DNA of 64,000 nt. Origin: an uncultured Pyrinomonadaceae bacterium. Its GTDB lineage: Bacteria; Acidobacteriota; Blastocatellia; Pyrinomonadales; Pyrinomonadaceae. How positions within the stretch are numbered: position 1 is the first letter of the stretch; every line of letters begins with the position of its first letter. Below are positions 7,782 to 17,781 of this stretch, piece by piece. The notes under the pieces were generated by a model. It was given only the letters and a program-made list of their open reading frames with translations. It did no database searches and was not told the origin of the DNA. The stretch spans positions 68,920 through 132,919 of the forward strand of contig CAXSGY010000003.1 in assembly GCA_964237235.1 (NCBI GenBank), read 5' to 3'. A program made the position numbers and the translations under genes.

Positions 7782-8888
7782 ATGAAAACCATTTTCCCGC
7801 TGATAATCGTTTTGATTATAATTTTTCAATTTTCATTCGTTACAGCGCAGAAACAACAAGAAACAGTAAAACTACTGCCCGTCTCGATAGATAACAAGAC
7901 TGGATACATAAACACAGGCGGAAAAATAATTATTCAGCCGCAATTTAAATTCGGTTCGGATTTCTTCGAAGGTCTCGCGCGTGTCGAATTTGATAATAAT
8001 GATTATGGTTTTATTGATACAACCGGAAAAGTTGTTATCAGAATGAAAACGGAAATTGTTGATCATTTCGACGAAGGTCTAGCTGAAATTCGAATATGTG
8101 AAAAACTTGCAACGAGAATGGTTTGGGATGCTAAAAGCCAAAAGGAAATCGAAGGAACTTATTGTCCAGCAGACAAATTAAAATCAGGATTTATTGATAA
8201 AACAGGCAAAATTGTTATAAAACCTAAATTTAATTTCACGCTCGGCTTTTCGGAGGGATTAGCGTCCGTCAAAATTAACGACAAATACGGATTTATTGAT
8301 AAAACCGGAAAATTTGTCATTGAGCCAAATTTTGAGCATATAATTGGCGGATTTAGTGACGGTTTGGCGGATGTAGAAATTGATGGAAAGAAAGGTTACT
8401 TAAATAAAACAGGGAAAATTGTTATCAAGCCAAAATTTGAAGAATCTTTTCCTTTCAGAGAAGGATTAGCGGCAGTTTCAATTGAAGATGAATACAGCGT
8501 TGATAAATTCGGTTTTATTGACCGAAGCGGAAAAATCGTTGTTCCTTTTATCTATGACAGAGCCGAGTTTTTCTTTGACGGTTTAGCAGCGGTTCAAGTA
8601 AACGAAAAATGGGGATATATAAACCGCAAAGGCGAATTGGTAATAAAACCACAATTTAATATCGCCGATAACTTTCGTGAAGATTTAGCTGTTGCAAGAA
8701 TTGAGGAAGAAGGAAAACTCGGATTTATCGACCGAACCGGAAAATTTGTAATCAAACCGCAGTGGGGCGATGTCTGGCGTTTTTTTGACGGAATTGCCGC
8801 AGTTTCTACTGAAGAGTTTGAAGACCCCGATGCCAAATGGGGTTATATTGATAAAAAAGGAAACTACATCTGGAAACCGACAAAATGA
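7782..8888 (+). CDS. WG-repeat (KWG) secreted protein
   Basis: Signal peptide followed by about 9 repeats of the pattern G(F/Y)I(D/N)xxGKxVIxPxF...F.EGLA. Confidence 0.75.
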   Translation: MKTIFPLIIVLIIIFQFSFVTAQKQQETVKLLPVSIDNKTGYINTGGKIIIQPQFKFGSDFFEGLARVEFDNNDYGFIDTTGKVVIRMKTEIVDHFDEGLAEIRICEKLATRMVWDAKSQKEIEGTYCPADKLKSGFIDKTGKIVIKPKFNFTLGFSEGLASVKINDKYGFIDKTGKFVIEPNFEHIIGGFSDGLADVEIDGKKGYLNKTGKIVIKPKFEESFPFREGLAAVSIEDEYSVDKFGFIDRSGKIVVPFIYDRAEFFFDGLAAVQVNEKWGYINRKGELVIKPQFNIADNFREDLAVARIEEEGKLGFIDRTGKFVIKPQWGDVWRFFDGIAAVSTEEFEDPDAKWGYIDKKGNYIWKPTK

Positions 8889-8917
8889 GTTAGAGTTAAA
8901 ATTTCAACTCTAACTCA
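8886..8917. terminator. Hairpin overlapping both stop codons of the convergent WG-repeat and clpA genes
   Basis: 12-bp perfect stem TGAGTTAGAGTT / AACTCTAACTCA with loop AAAATTTC. The left arm contains TGA (8886-8888) and the loop holds the clpA stop (8896-8898). Confidence 0.5.
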
Positions 8918-11160
8918 CCGTTGTTTTCTTCAACAACAACACTTCCGCCATCGGTTAATTTGCCGAATAAAATTTCATTCGCCAAAGGTTGTTTGATTTT
9001 TTCGTGAATCAGCCGCGCCATCGGACGCGCGCCGTATTTGCCGTCGAAGCCGTTACGAGCGAGCCATTCGCGGGCAGATTCGTCTAATTTAATCAAGACG
9101 CGCTTTTCGACGAGTTGTCCGTTGAGTTCTTTGATAAATTTGTCAACGATATTTTTGATGATCGAAATGTCCAGAGCCTTGAACGGAATCCAGGCATCGA
9201 GACGGTTGCGAAATTCGGGCGTGAACGTGCGTTCAATCGCGCCTTTCGCCTGTCCTTTGGTTTCCGATTGATTGCGAAAACCGACACCGCCGCTCGATAA
9301 TTCTCTGGCTCCGGCGTTGGTCGTCATAATCAAAATCACGTTGCGAAAATCGGCTTTTTTGCCGTTGTTGTCGGTCAAGGTCGCCGAATCCATTACTTGC
9401 AGAAGCAAATTGAACAGGTTCGGGTGCGCTTTTTCGATTTCGTCCAAGACGAGAACGGCGTGCGGCGTTCGCATAATCGCTTCGGTTAAAAGTCCGCCCT
9501 GGTCAAAGCCGACATAGCCCGGCGGCGCGCCGATGAGCCGCGAAACCGTGTGCGATTCGGCGTATTCGCTCATATCGTAGCGCATAAATTCGATGCCGAG
9601 CTGTTCGGCTAACTGTTTCGATAGTTCGGTTTTGCCGACTCCGGTCGGACCGGAAAACAAAAACGAGCCGACCGGCTTCGATTCGTGTCCGAGACCGGCG
9701 CGGGAAATTTGAATCGCGTCAACCACCTTATCAACCGCTTCGTCCTGCCCGAAAATGACCTGTTTCAAATCTTCACGCAGCGTTTTGAGTTGTTCCTTTT
9801 CGTCGGCGACGACGGTTTTTGGCGGAATTTTCGCCATTCGCGCAATCGTGTTTTCGACCATCTGGACGGAAATTTGTTTCGGACGTTTTTCCGCCGCGAG
9901 CAATTTCGTCGCCGCGCCGACTTCGTCAATGACATCAATTGCCTTGTCGGGCAGAAAGCGGTCGTTGATATATTTTCCGGCGAGTTCCGAGGCGACTTTT
10001 AACGATTCGTCGGAATATTTTACGCCGTGATGGTCTTCGTAAAATCGTTTCAAGCCTTTCAGGATTTCGTAAGTTTCTTCGACAGTCGGCTCGCCGATTT
10101 CGATTTTCTGAAAGCGTCTGGCGAGCGCGCGGTCGCGCTCGAACGCGGCTTTGTATTCGGCGTAGGTCGTCGAGCCGATACAGCGCAAATCGCCGTTTGC
10201 CAACGCCGGTTTCAAAATATTCGAGGCATCCATCGCGCCGCCGGAAACCGCGCCCGCGCCGACGATGGTGTGAATTTCGTCTATAAAAAGAATCGAGTTT
10301 TCGTGTTTTTTAAGCTCGGAAATAATCGCTTTGAACCGCTGTTCAAAATCGCCGCGATAGCGCGTTCCCGCCAAAACCGCGCCCATATCGAGCGCGAAAA
10401 CTTTCGCGTCTTTTAATACTTCCGGCACTTCACCCTGCGAAATTTTCAACGCCAAACCTTCCGCCAAAGCCGTCTTGCCAACGCCGGGTTCGCCAACATA
10501 CAACGGGTTATTTTTTTTGCGGCGGCAGAGAACCTGAATCGTGCGTTCGATTTCCGCCGTGCGCCCGATAATCGGGTCAATTTTGCCGTCGGCGGCGAGC
10601 TTGACGAGTTCTTCGGTAAACGCTTCGAGCGGCTTTTTGCGCTGCGCTCCTCCGCCCATCGCGCGTTCTTCGGCAAATTCTTCGTCTTCCAAGCCGTCGC
10701 CCGCGTTTTCAAAATCGAAGCTGTTATCAATTTTTGAAATGCCGTGCGCTAAAAAATTCAAAACGTCGAGCCTGTTTACGCCTTGCTGTTTAAGCAGATA
10801 GACGGCGTGCGATTGTTCGGCTTGATACATCGCGGCTAAGATATTGCCGCCGTCAACCGCCTTCTGTCCGCTGCCTTCCGCCTGCAAAATCGCGTATTGA
10901 ATGGTCGATTGAAACGTCGCCGTCAGCTCGGGCATCTGATTGACGCGGGCAGGCAGTTTCTCCAACACATTGGCGAAATAATCTTCCAAATCCTTGCCGA
11001 TTTCTTCTAATTTCGCGCCGCAGTTATATAAAATATCCCGCGCCGTCGCGTCTTCGAGCAGCGCGAACAAAAGATGTTCCAGCGTCACGTATTCGTGCCT
11101 GTATTTGACGGCTTCGTCAACCGCGTAAGATAAAGTTTCTTCTAATTCTCTAGTCAACAT
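8896..11160 (-). CDS. clpA: ATP-dependent Clp protease ATP-binding subunit ClpA
   Basis: 754 aa with a Clp N-domain and two AAA+ modules (GEPGVGKTA, GPTGVGKTE). A clpS gene lies upstream. Confidence 0.95.
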   Translation of the reverse strand: MLTRELEETLSYAVDEAVKYRHEYVTLEHLLFALLEDATARDILYNCGAKLEEIGKDLEDYFANVLEKLPARVNQMPELTATFQSTIQYAILQAEGSGQKAVDGGNILAAMYQAEQSHAVYLLKQQGVNRLDVLNFLAHGISKIDNSFDFENAGDGLEDEEFAEERAMGGGAQRKKPLEAFTEELVKLAADGKIDPIIGRTAEIERTIQVLCRRKKNNPLYVGEPGVGKTALAEGLALKISQGEVPEVLKDAKVFALDMGAVLAGTRYRGDFEQRFKAIISELKKHENSILFIDEIHTIVGAGAVSGGAMDASNILKPALANGDLRCIGSTTYAEYKAAFERDRALARRFQKIEIGEPTVEETYEILKGLKRFYEDHHGVKYSDESLKVASELAGKYINDRFLPDKAIDVIDEVGAATKLLAAEKRPKQISVQMVENTIARMAKIPPKTVVADEKEQLKTLREDLKQVIFGQDEAVDKVVDAIQISRAGLGHESKPVGSFLFSGPTGVGKTELSKQLAEQLGIEFMRYDMSEYAESHTVSRLIGAPPGYVGFDQGGLLTEAIMRTPHAVLVLDEIEKAHPNLFNLLLQVMDSATLTDNNGKKADFRNVILIMTTNAGARELSSGGVGFRNQSETKGQAKGAIERTFTPEFRNRLDAWIPFKALDISIIKNIVDKFIKELNGQLVEKRVLIKLDESAREWLARNGFDGKYGARPMARLIHEKIKQPLANEILFGKLTDGGSVVVEENNGELELKF

Positions 11161-11352
11161 ATTTTCAAAAAATTTCTTTGATGCGAATTTCGGTTTTTAG
11201 TGACCGACAAATTTTCGCGTTCATTTATTTTATCCGAAAAATTATTGTAACAAAAAAATGCAATTGAAAAATGAAGGGCGGGAAATTGCCGAAACTATCA
11301 AAGCGTTGAATTTCACACCGCTATAAAATTCTGCCGCAACCGAAAAAAAAAT

Positions 11353-11384
11353 AAAAAGCGTGATTTTGAAAATTCACGCTTTTT
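11353..11384 (-). terminator. Terminator or attenuator hairpin between clpS and clpA
   Basis: 11-bp stem AAAAAGCGTGA / TCACGCTTTTT flanked by A and T tracts. It lies in a 250-nt spacer that separates clpS from clpA. Confidence 0.5.
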
Positions 11385-11412
11385 ATTTTTGAAAATTCAA
11401 ACGAGCGAAAAT

Positions 11413-11745
11413 TCATTCTTCTTCGACCGTGCAAAGCAGCGGATATTCCTGTGCGCGGGCGAGATTCATCGCTTTTTCCGCCTTCATATTGGCGATTTCA
11501 AACGAATAAGTTCCAGCGAGTCCGATGCCTTCGTGGTGAACTTTGAGCATAATCGCAAACGCTTCTTCGGGCGGACGCAAAAAAACCTGCGTTAAAGCGA
11601 AAACGACGAACTCCATCGTCGTAAAATCGTCGTTGTGCAGCAAGACTTTGTAAAGTTTCGGTTTTTCGAGTTTGGTTTCGCTCTCGGTCAGAATGGCACT
11701 GTCGTCTTCGTAATCGGGAAATTCGGGCATAAATTCGCTGAACAT
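11413..11745 (-). CDS. clpS: ATP-dependent Clp protease adaptor ClpS
   Basis: KLYKVLLHNDDFTTMEFV core motif. 110 aa. Located upstream of clpA. Confidence 0.9.
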   Translation of the reverse strand: MFSEFMPEFPDYEDDSAILTESETKLEKPKLYKVLLHNDDFTTMEFVVFALTQVFLRPPEEAFAIMLKVHHEGIGLAGTYSFEIANMKAEKAMNLARAQEYPLLCTVEEE

Positions 11746-11790
11746 TTATCATTGAACATTTATCATTTGATAAATGTTCAATGATAAATG
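11740..11790 (-). promoter_or_regulatory. Palindrome built from the 14-mer GAACATTTATCATT (2 direct plus 2 inverted copies); the 23-bp perfect stem contains the clpS start codon
   Basis: 11743-11765 pairs perfectly with 11768-11790. The ATG (11745-11743) sits at the stem base. The gdh-like stop codon is 2 nt from the other arm. Confidence 0.6.
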
Positions 11791-11792
11791 AA

Positions 11793-12911
11793 TTAAAATG
11801 ACTTGACCTCAAAATACGTTTTAATCGCTTTATACTTTCCGGCGTTGTTCAAGATGTCGAACGCCTGCGCGAAATTTTCCAAACCCTCAATTTTGTTCGT
11901 CATCATTTTGGCGAGCCAGCCGGAATACATCGCTTCGCACAAAGCTAAATCTTTGACACCCATCTCGAAATGTTCGCGGTTGGCGTTGACCGTGCCGACC
12001 ATCGCGCGGTTGCCTAAAACGAACTTTTGATTGATTAAATCGGACGGAACGCCGTCGGTTTTTCTATCGCCGCCGGTTACCGAAGCCAAAATCAAAATGC
12101 CGTTTTCGTTCAAACTTTGCATCGCGTCGAAAACGATTGGCGAAAAACCCGTGCATTCAAAAATCAAATCGTATTCGCCGTATTTGCTCACCGAATCGGT
12201 GACGGAAATTTCAGCCGTCGAATCGTAAGTTGCGCCGATTTCTTCTAAAAGATCGGCGTTAAAATAACCGGCGCGCGCGTCGCGTCCGAAGCCGTGAACC
12301 TGATAACCGCGCATTTTCAAAGCCATCACGGTCAAAAGCCCGACGTTGCCCGTTCCCAGAACGGCGGCGGTTTTCGGCTGCCAGATGTCGAGCCGTTTTT
12401 GAATGTCTTCGGCTTGCTTCAAACCTTTTTCGATGATTGAAAGCGGTTCGAGCAGAACGGCGATTTCGGCGATTTTCGACGGAATTTTGACGAGAAAATC
12501 CGCACTTTCAACGTAGAATTCCGCCATATAACCGTGCAGCCGCGAAATGCCGCGTTCCCAATATTCGTCGTCGGTCGTAAAATCCTGCTGACCAATCGTG
12601 TCGTAGATGCTATGTCCGAACGGTCTTCTGACGGTGGCGACGACGAAATCGCCGACCGCCAATTCGGTTACGTTTGTGCCGACCTCGGCGACGCGTCCGA
12701 AATTTTCGTGTCCTAAAACCAGAAAATCAAAACCGGCGGGCGCAACACCGTATTCGCCGTTGTTGATTTCTCTGTCCGTTCCGCACGCGCCGACGCGCAA
12801 AACTTCGACCAGCACGCCGCGCCCGTCTTTGATGTCGTCAATTTTCGGTTTGTCCATCTCGATCAGGTGAACGCTGTTTACTTGTTTCGGTTTGACTGCG
12901 ATTGCTTTCAT
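11793..12911 (-). CDS. Zinc-dependent MDR-family dehydrogenase, glucose 1-dehydrogenase-like
   Basis: MKAIAVKP start, VGACGTDREI and GHENFG zinc motifs, GTGNVG Rossmann motif. I prefer the Met at 12911 to the upstream start of the listed ORF. Confidence 0.7.
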   Translation of the reverse strand: MKAIAVKPKQVNSVHLIEMDKPKIDDIKDGRGVLVEVLRVGACGTDREINNGEYGVAPAGFDFLVLGHENFGRVAEVGTNVTELAVGDFVVATVRRPFGHSIYDTIGQQDFTTDDEYWERGISRLHGYMAEFYVESADFLVKIPSKIAEIAVLLEPLSIIEKGLKQAEDIQKRLDIWQPKTAAVLGTGNVGLLTVMALKMRGYQVHGFGRDARAGYFNADLLEEIGATYDSTAEISVTDSVSKYGEYDLIFECTGFSPIVFDAMQSLNENGILILASVTGGDRKTDGVPSDLINQKFVLGNRAMVGTVNANREHFEMGVKDLALCEAMYSGWLAKMMTNKIEGLENFAQAFDILNNAGKYKAIKTYFEVKSF

Positions 12912-13059
12912 AAATTTATTTATCCGGGAAACCTGCAAAATACTTGTTTTGTTATTACATTTGAATCATACTTTTTATTGTCAAATTACAAAAACGTGTC
13001 GATGATTTTTCGGATCTTAAACCGCAAAATTGCCGGCGAAAAAAATTAGGGAGAACATA

Positions 13060-15213
13060 GTGGCAACAAAAAAGGAAATTAATGATGATGCGAAAATAAA
13101 GCAATTATCGCAGCATACGACCGACGGAACCGGACAGCCTTTAACTACCAATCAAGGCTTAAAAATCAGCGACAATCAAAACTCTCTGAAAGCCGGGACG
13201 CGCGGTCCGACGCTGCTTGAAGATTTCATTATGCGCGAGAAAATCACGCATTTTGATCACGAACGCATTCCCGAACGCATCGTTCACGCGCGCGGCGTGG
13301 CGGCGCACGGCTATTTTGAAGTGACCGATTCGTTGAAAGAGTTTACAAAAGCTAAATTTTTAACCGAAACCGGCAGGAAAACGCCGGTTTTTGTGCGTTT
13401 TTCGACCGTCGCCGGTTCGCGCGGTTCAAGCGATCTGGCGCGCGACGTGCGCGGCTTCGCCGTCAAATTTTATACGGACGAAGGCAATTATGATCTGGTC
13501 GGCAACAATATTCCGGTCTTTTTTATTCAGGACGCGATTAAGTTTCCCGATTTGATTCACTCGGTCAAACCCGAACCGAACAACGAAATTCCGCAGGCGG
13601 CTTCGGCGCACGATACTTTTTGGGATTTCATTTCCTTGATGCCCGAATCAATGCATATGATGATGTGGGTGATGTCGGACAGAGCGATTCCGCGTTCTTT
13701 GAGAATGATGGAAGGCTTCGGGATTCACACTTTTCGCCTGATTAACGATGAAGGCAAAGCGACGTTCGTCAAATTTCACTGGAAACCGCGCCTGGGCGTG
13801 CATTCGGTGGCGTGGAACGAAGCGCAGAAAATCTCCGGTTTCGACGCGGATTTTCATCGCCGCGATCTTTTTGAAGCGATTGAAAAAGGCAGTTTTCCAG
13901 AATGGGAACTCGGCGTGCAGCTCGTTGCCGAAGAGGACGAACACAAATTCGATTTCGATCTTCTGGACGCGACGAAAATCATTCCCGAAGAACTCGTGCC
14001 GGTCAGAATCGTCGGCAGAATGGTTTTGAACCGCAACACCGACAATTATTTCGCCGAAACCGAACAGGTCGCGTTTTTGCCGACTAATATCGTTCCGGGA
14101 ATCGATTTTTCCAACGATCCGCTTTTGCAGGGACGGCTTCATTCGTATCTCGACACGCAGATTTCGCGTCTCGGCGGACCGAATTTTCACGAGATTCCGA
14201 TTAATCGCCCAATCGCGCCGCTGCATAATAATCAACGCGATTCGCAGTTTCGGCAAACGATTAACAAAGGCAAAGTTGCCTATGAACCGAACACGCTCGG
14301 CGGCGGCTGTCCGTATCAGGCAATGTGGCAGGACGGCGGTTTCGCGTCGCATCAGGAAAAAATCGACGGCAATAAAATTCGCACGAGAAGCGACAGTTTC
14401 CGCGACCATTTTACGCAAGCCGCTCTCTTTTTCAATAGTCAAGCCGAATACGAACAAACGCACATTATTAACGCGATCAGCTTCGAACTCGGCAAGGTCG
14501 AAGTTAACGCGATTCGTGAAAGAATCGTTTATATTCTGAATCAAATCAACGAAAAACTGGCGAACGGCGTGGCGGACAATCTCGGCATCGAAATTCCCGC
14601 GAAACTGGATTTGCCGATGAATATGAGTTATCCGGCGGACGCGAACCCGGACGATTATCAGCCGATTCCGAAAAAGAACGCGAAGATCAAAAAATCCACT
14701 GCGCTCTCGATGGCGAACACGGTTAAAGATACGATTGAAACGCGCCAGATTGCTTTTCTCGTCGCCGACGGTTTCGACGGAAACGATGTCAAAACGATGA
14801 AAAACGCCCTTGAAAAACAGGGCGCGACGGCGAAAATTATCGGAATGAAATCGAAATCCGTCAAAGACGCGAGCGGCAAAGAAATGAAAGTTGACCACGC
14901 TCTGCGAACCGTCGCTTCGGTTCTTTTCGACGCGGTTTACGTTCCCGGCGGCGAAAAAAGCGTTGACCGATTAAGCGCGGAAGCCGACGCGATTGAGTTT
15001 GTCAACGAAGCGTTTCGCCACTGCAAGGCGATTGCCGGAAGCGGCGAAGGCGTGAATTTCATCAACAATGAAACCTACGCCGGACGCGCGAAAAGCGACC
15101 AAGCCGTGATTTTGAGCGAAGATTTGGGAAAAGATGCCGCCCAAAAGTTTATTGACGCGATTGCCCGGCATCGCAATTGGGACAGAGAAACCGCGCGGAA
15201 GGTTCCGGCATAA
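13060..15213 (+). CDS. katE: Large-subunit (HPII-type) haem catalase
   Basis: [21 protein letters not shown] and VFVRFSTV motifs, plus a C-terminal DJ-1/PfpI-like domain. GTG at 13060 follows AGGGAG and is more plausible than the TTG at 13030. Confidence 0.93.
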   Translation: MATKKEINDDAKIKQLSQHTTDGTGQPLTTNQGLKISDNQNSLKAGTRGPTLLEDFIMREKITHFDHERIPERIVHARGVAAHGYFEVTDSLKEFTKAKFLTETGRKTPVFVRFSTVAGSRGSSDLARDVRGFAVKFYTDEGNYDLVGNNIPVFFIQDAIKFPDLIHSVKPEPNNEIPQAASAHDTFWDFISLMPESMHMMMWVMSDRAIPRSLRMMEGFGIHTFRLINDEGKATFVKFHWKPRLGVHSVAWNEAQKISGFDADFHRRDLFEAIEKGSFPEWELGVQLVAEEDEHKFDFDLLDATKIIPEELVPVRIVGRMVLNRNTDNYFAETEQVAFLPTNIVPGIDFSNDPLLQGRLHSYLDTQISRLGGPNFHEIPINRPIAPLHNNQRDSQFRQTINKGKVAYEPNTLGGGCPYQAMWQDGGFASHQEKIDGNKIRTRSDSFRDHFTQAALFFNSQAEYEQTHIINAISFELGKVEVNAIRERIVYILNQINEKLANGVADNLGIEIPAKLDLPMNMSYPADANPDDYQPIPKKNAKIKKSTALSMANTVKDTIETRQIAFLVADGFDGNDVKTMKNALEKQGATAKIIGMKSKSVKDASGKEMKVDHALRTVASVLFDAVYVPGGEKSVDRLSAEADAIEFVNEAFRHCKAIAGSGEGVNFINNETYAGRAKSDQAVILSEDLGKDAAQKFIDAIARHRNWDRETARKVPA

Positions 15214-15226
15214 AACGTCTGTCTTC

Positions 15227-15281
15227 AATTTAAAATAAAAAGGCGAATTCTCAATGAGAATTCGCCTTTTTATTTTAAATT
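15227..15281. terminator. Bidirectional intrinsic terminator (26-bp perfect stem)
   Basis: AATTTAAAATAAAAAGGCGAATTCTC / GAGAATTCGCCTTTTTATTTTAAATT with a 3-nt loop, between convergent katE and the Mqn-family gene. Confidence 0.75.
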
Positions 15282-15292
15282 CTGTTCGCCGT

Positions 15293-16141
15293 CTATTCGA
15301 CGAAATCAACTTCGACCTGATGCGGAATAATTCCTTTCTCGAAACCTTTTTGCAAAAGAAGTTTCACGCCCGCCCTACCGCGCTCGCCGTAATCTAAAGT
15401 CAAATCATTAACCCACATCGCAACAAATCTATCGGCTAATTCGGGCGGCATATCGCGGGCGAACTGCATTGCGTAGGCAAGCGCGTCTTCGCGGTTGTCC
15501 ATCGAGTATTCGATGCTTTGGCGCAGACATTTCGAGACGCGGCGCATCAAATCTTCGCCCAGATCGCGGCGGATGACGTTGCCGCCCATCGGCAGCGGCA
15601 AGCCTGTCTGTTCGTGCCACCACTCGCCCAAATCGAGGACTTTATTCAAGCCCATATTTTTGTAAAAAAGCTGTCCTTCGTGAATCAAAAGACCGGCATC
15701 GGCTTTGCCGTCTTTCACCGCGTCTATGATTTTGTCGAACGGCACGACCGTGTATTCAAAATCCTGATTGAAAATTCGCAAAGCTAAAAACGCGCTCGTC
15801 AATTCGCCCGGAACGGCGATTTTGATGTTCGGAATATCTTCGGGTTTATACTGCTCTCTGGCGACGACAATCGGACCGTATTTGTCGCCGATGCTCGCGC
15901 CGTGCGGAAGCAGCGCGTATTTGTCGTCAACGTAGGCGAAGGCGTGAAAGCTGATCGCCGAAACGTCGAACACGCCGTTTTTCGCGTCTTCGTTCAAAGT
16001 TTGAATATCTTTTAACGTATGTTCAAATTTCAAACCGTCTGTTTCGAGCTTGTTCGTCGCCAAGCCGTAAAACATAAAAGCATCGTCCGAATCGGGCGAA
16101 TGAGCGACGGTAATCAATCGTTTTTCTGTCGTTGCGTCCAT
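15293..16141 (-). CDS. MqnA/MqnD/SBP-family protein (futalosine-pathway menaquinone biosynthesis-like)
   Basis: [15 protein letters not shown]-terminal motif resembles the SPCPNDTF motif of MqnD-type proteins. 282 aa. ubiX is nearby. Confidence 0.55.
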   Translation of the reverse strand: MDATTEKRLITVAHSPDSDDAFMFYGLATNKLETDGLKFEHTLKDIQTLNEDAKNGVFDVSAISFHAFAYVDDKYALLPHGASIGDKYGPIVVAREQYKPEDIPNIKIAVPGELTSAFLALRIFNQDFEYTVVPFDKIIDAVKDGKADAGLLIHEGQLFYKNMGLNKVLDLGEWWHEQTGLPLPMGGNVIRRDLGEDLMRRVSKCLRQSIEYSMDNREDALAYAMQFARDMPPELADRFVAMWVNDLTLDYGERGRAGVKLLLQKGFEKGIIPHQVEVDFVE

Positions 16142-16158
16142 ATGAAAAAAGGAGAAAT

Positions 16159-16914
16159 TTAAAGCTGTCCGTAGAAAATTTTGGTGTCGTATTTAATGTC
16201 TATTTTACCGTTTTCCGCGTGCGTTGCAAAAAGCAATTCGAGATTTTTCAGCATTTCGCCGTAACGCGGATTTTCCGCCGAAGGCATATACGAAGAGGAA
16301 AGCATTCTGCCGCGCAAGCCGTCGAAATCAACCGTTTGTTTATTGTCGAAAAAGGCTTCGTTAAAATTCGTCTGAAAGAAATCCTGTAAAGTTTCTCTGG
16401 TGATATTTTCGTGCCGCACCTGCGCGTAATCAGTTCCGAATTCGATTAGAAGCCGTTCGTAATCGCGCAGAAATGCGGTCGTGCCAAGCTGGCGTTCGTT
16501 CCAAATCAAAGCGACGTAACTTTTATCTTTTAAAATTCGCCTGAATTCGTCGCGCGTTTCATCTCGTTTGAACCAGTGAAAAGCCTGCGCCGCGACGACG
16601 AAATCAATAGAATCGTTTTCCAGATTCGTATTTTCAGAAGTGCCTTCAACTAAAGTCAGTCGCGGATAATTTTTCAGAAATTCCTTTGCCGCGCCGCGCA
16701 TCGGCGCGTTCGGCTCGACGGCGAAAACCGGATTGCCGTTTTCGAGAAAAATCTTTGCCGAAATGCCCGTTCCCGCGCCGATGTCGGCGACGATTGAATC
16801 AATCCGCAGATTCATTTCGCTGCGAAATAAATCTAAAATTTCCGCCGGATAACCCGGACGGTATTTCACGTAATTTTCCACGCGGTCGGAAAATCTTTCG
16901 ACTGTGTTACTCAT
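16159..16914 (-). CDS. Class I SAM-dependent methyltransferase
   Basis: Motif [13 protein letters not shown], followed by the typical acidic loop and a post-I motif. Confidence 0.8.
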   Translation of the reverse strand: MSNTVERFSDRVENYVKYRPGYPAEILDLFRSEMNLRIDSIVADIGAGTGISAKIFLENGNPVFAVEPNAPMRGAAKEFLKNYPRLTLVEGTSENTNLENDSIDFVVAAQAFHWFKRDETRDEFRRILKDKSYVALIWNERQLGTTAFLRDYERLLIEFGTDYAQVRHENITRETLQDFFQTNFNEAFFDNKQTVDFDGLRGRMLSSSYMPSAENPRYGEMLKNLELLFATHAENGKIDIKYDTKIFYGQL

Positions 16915-16953
16915 AAAATAGTTTACGTCGATCCTAAAAACGGCGCGTCCCGG

Positions 16954-17080
16954 GGAGCGCGGACGGCTCGTCCGTCAACGGAGCGCGAGCGACGTTGTTC
17001 GCTTGCCGACGCGCGACTTGAGGGCAATGTCTGGTCTCGCGCTAAGTGCGCTCGAGGCGCGGACGAGCCGTCCGCGCTCC
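16954..17080. repeat. Intact ~127-nt GC-rich element with 21-bp perfect terminal inverted repeats (candidate structured RNA or miniature repeat)
   Basis: GGAGCGCGGACGGCTCGTCCG (16954-16974) is the exact reverse complement of 17060-17080. Each arm contains its own CGGACG-N3-CGTCCG mini-palindrome. The interior has further short stems. The element is visibly more GC-rich than its flanks. Confidence 0.65.
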
Positions 17081-17114
17081 TTTCGCCGCAAATTTTAATG
17101 TTGCTTCAAAAAAT

Positions 17115-17777
17115 TTAATAACCGGCGATGAAAACCGTCATCTTCCATTTTCCGTTTCGTTTTTCAAATCCGGCGCGAAAATCAATCGGACTGCGGACAA
17201 ATTCCGCGCCCACAAAGCCGCGCTTTCCGCCGAGCGTTTTTACTTCATACCAAATTGTTTTATTGATGTCGTTCGCGTCTTTGACCGAATCGAGAATCTC
17301 GACGACGTTGTATGAAAGGCTGCCGACGATTGCCGCGTTTTTATCGGCTTTCGCGCGCAGATTGACGTTGTTGCCGAAGATGATGCTGTGATTGAATGCG
17401 TCTAAATCCTCTGGAAAAGCCTTAAAAACGTAAGGTGCGAAAAACGTTTTAGTTTTTCCTTCAATCGTAAACGTGCCACCGTTGTTGATAACCGTCGAAA
17501 ATTCGCTCCAAAACTCGCTGTCGCGTTGTTCGATTTTCCAGTTTTTCTCGAAATTTTCGATGCCGTCGTCACCGCCGAAACTGTTTTTGATGTTGCGGTC
17601 AACAATGCTCAAAATAAATTTCGCGTCGTGCCGTTTTGCCGCGTTGACGAGCTGCGTCCGAAAGGTTAAAAACGATTTGTCCCGCGCGGCTTCATCAATC
17701 GGTTTGACGAATCTTTCCTGCGCCGGAACGAAGGAAAACAATAAAAATAAACTGAAAAAAGCGGCTAAAAATTTCAT
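17115..17777 (-). CDS. Hypothetical secreted protein, possibly with a C-terminal SH3b-like module
   Basis: Signal peptide MKFLAAFFSLFLLFSFVPAQE. The segment NLRAKADKNAAIVGSLSYNVVEIL resembles bacterial SH3. Confidence 0.5.
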   Translation of the reverse strand: MKFLAAFFSLFLLFSFVPAQERFVKPIDEAARDKSFLTFRTQLVNAAKRHDAKFILSIVDRNIKNSFGGDDGIENFEKNWKIEQRDSEFWSEFSTVINNGGTFTIEGKTKTFFAPYVFKAFPEDLDAFNHSIIFGNNVNLRAKADKNAAIVGSLSYNVVEILDSVKDANDINKTIWYEVKTLGGKRGFVGAEFVRSPIDFRAGFEKRNGKWKMTVFIAGY

Positions 17778-17781
17778 AAGT

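Noticed and set aside
11180-11198. 19-mer GATGCGAA(T/A)TTCGGTTTTT shared (18/19) between the clpA upstream region and the TonB-receptor upstream region (37923-37941)
   Set aside because: There are only two copies, at different distances from the start codons. In a 64-kb A/T-tract-rich window, one near-match of this length could be chance. It needs a genome-wide count before it means anything.
11498-11812. 104-aa ORF spanning the clpS 5' end and the palindrome
   Set aside because: It is out of frame with clpS, which has the conserved ClpS core motif. It is created by the AT-rich repeat.
13030-13059. TTG start of the listed catalase ORF
   Set aside because: GTG at 13060 is preceded by AGGGAG at a proper distance. 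The extra 10 codons (MPAKKIRENI) overlap that RBS.
13648-14898. 416-aa ORF antisense to katE
   Set aside because: It lies entirely inside a gene with unmistakable catalase motifs. Its translation is R/F/N-rich low-complexity sequence typical of the mirror frame of a codon-biased gene. It has no start context.
17046-17315. 89-aa ORF starting inside the GC-rich element
   Set aside because: It runs antisense into the 17115-17777 gene, and its N-terminus is just the translated inverted repeat (RSRRGRAVRAP).
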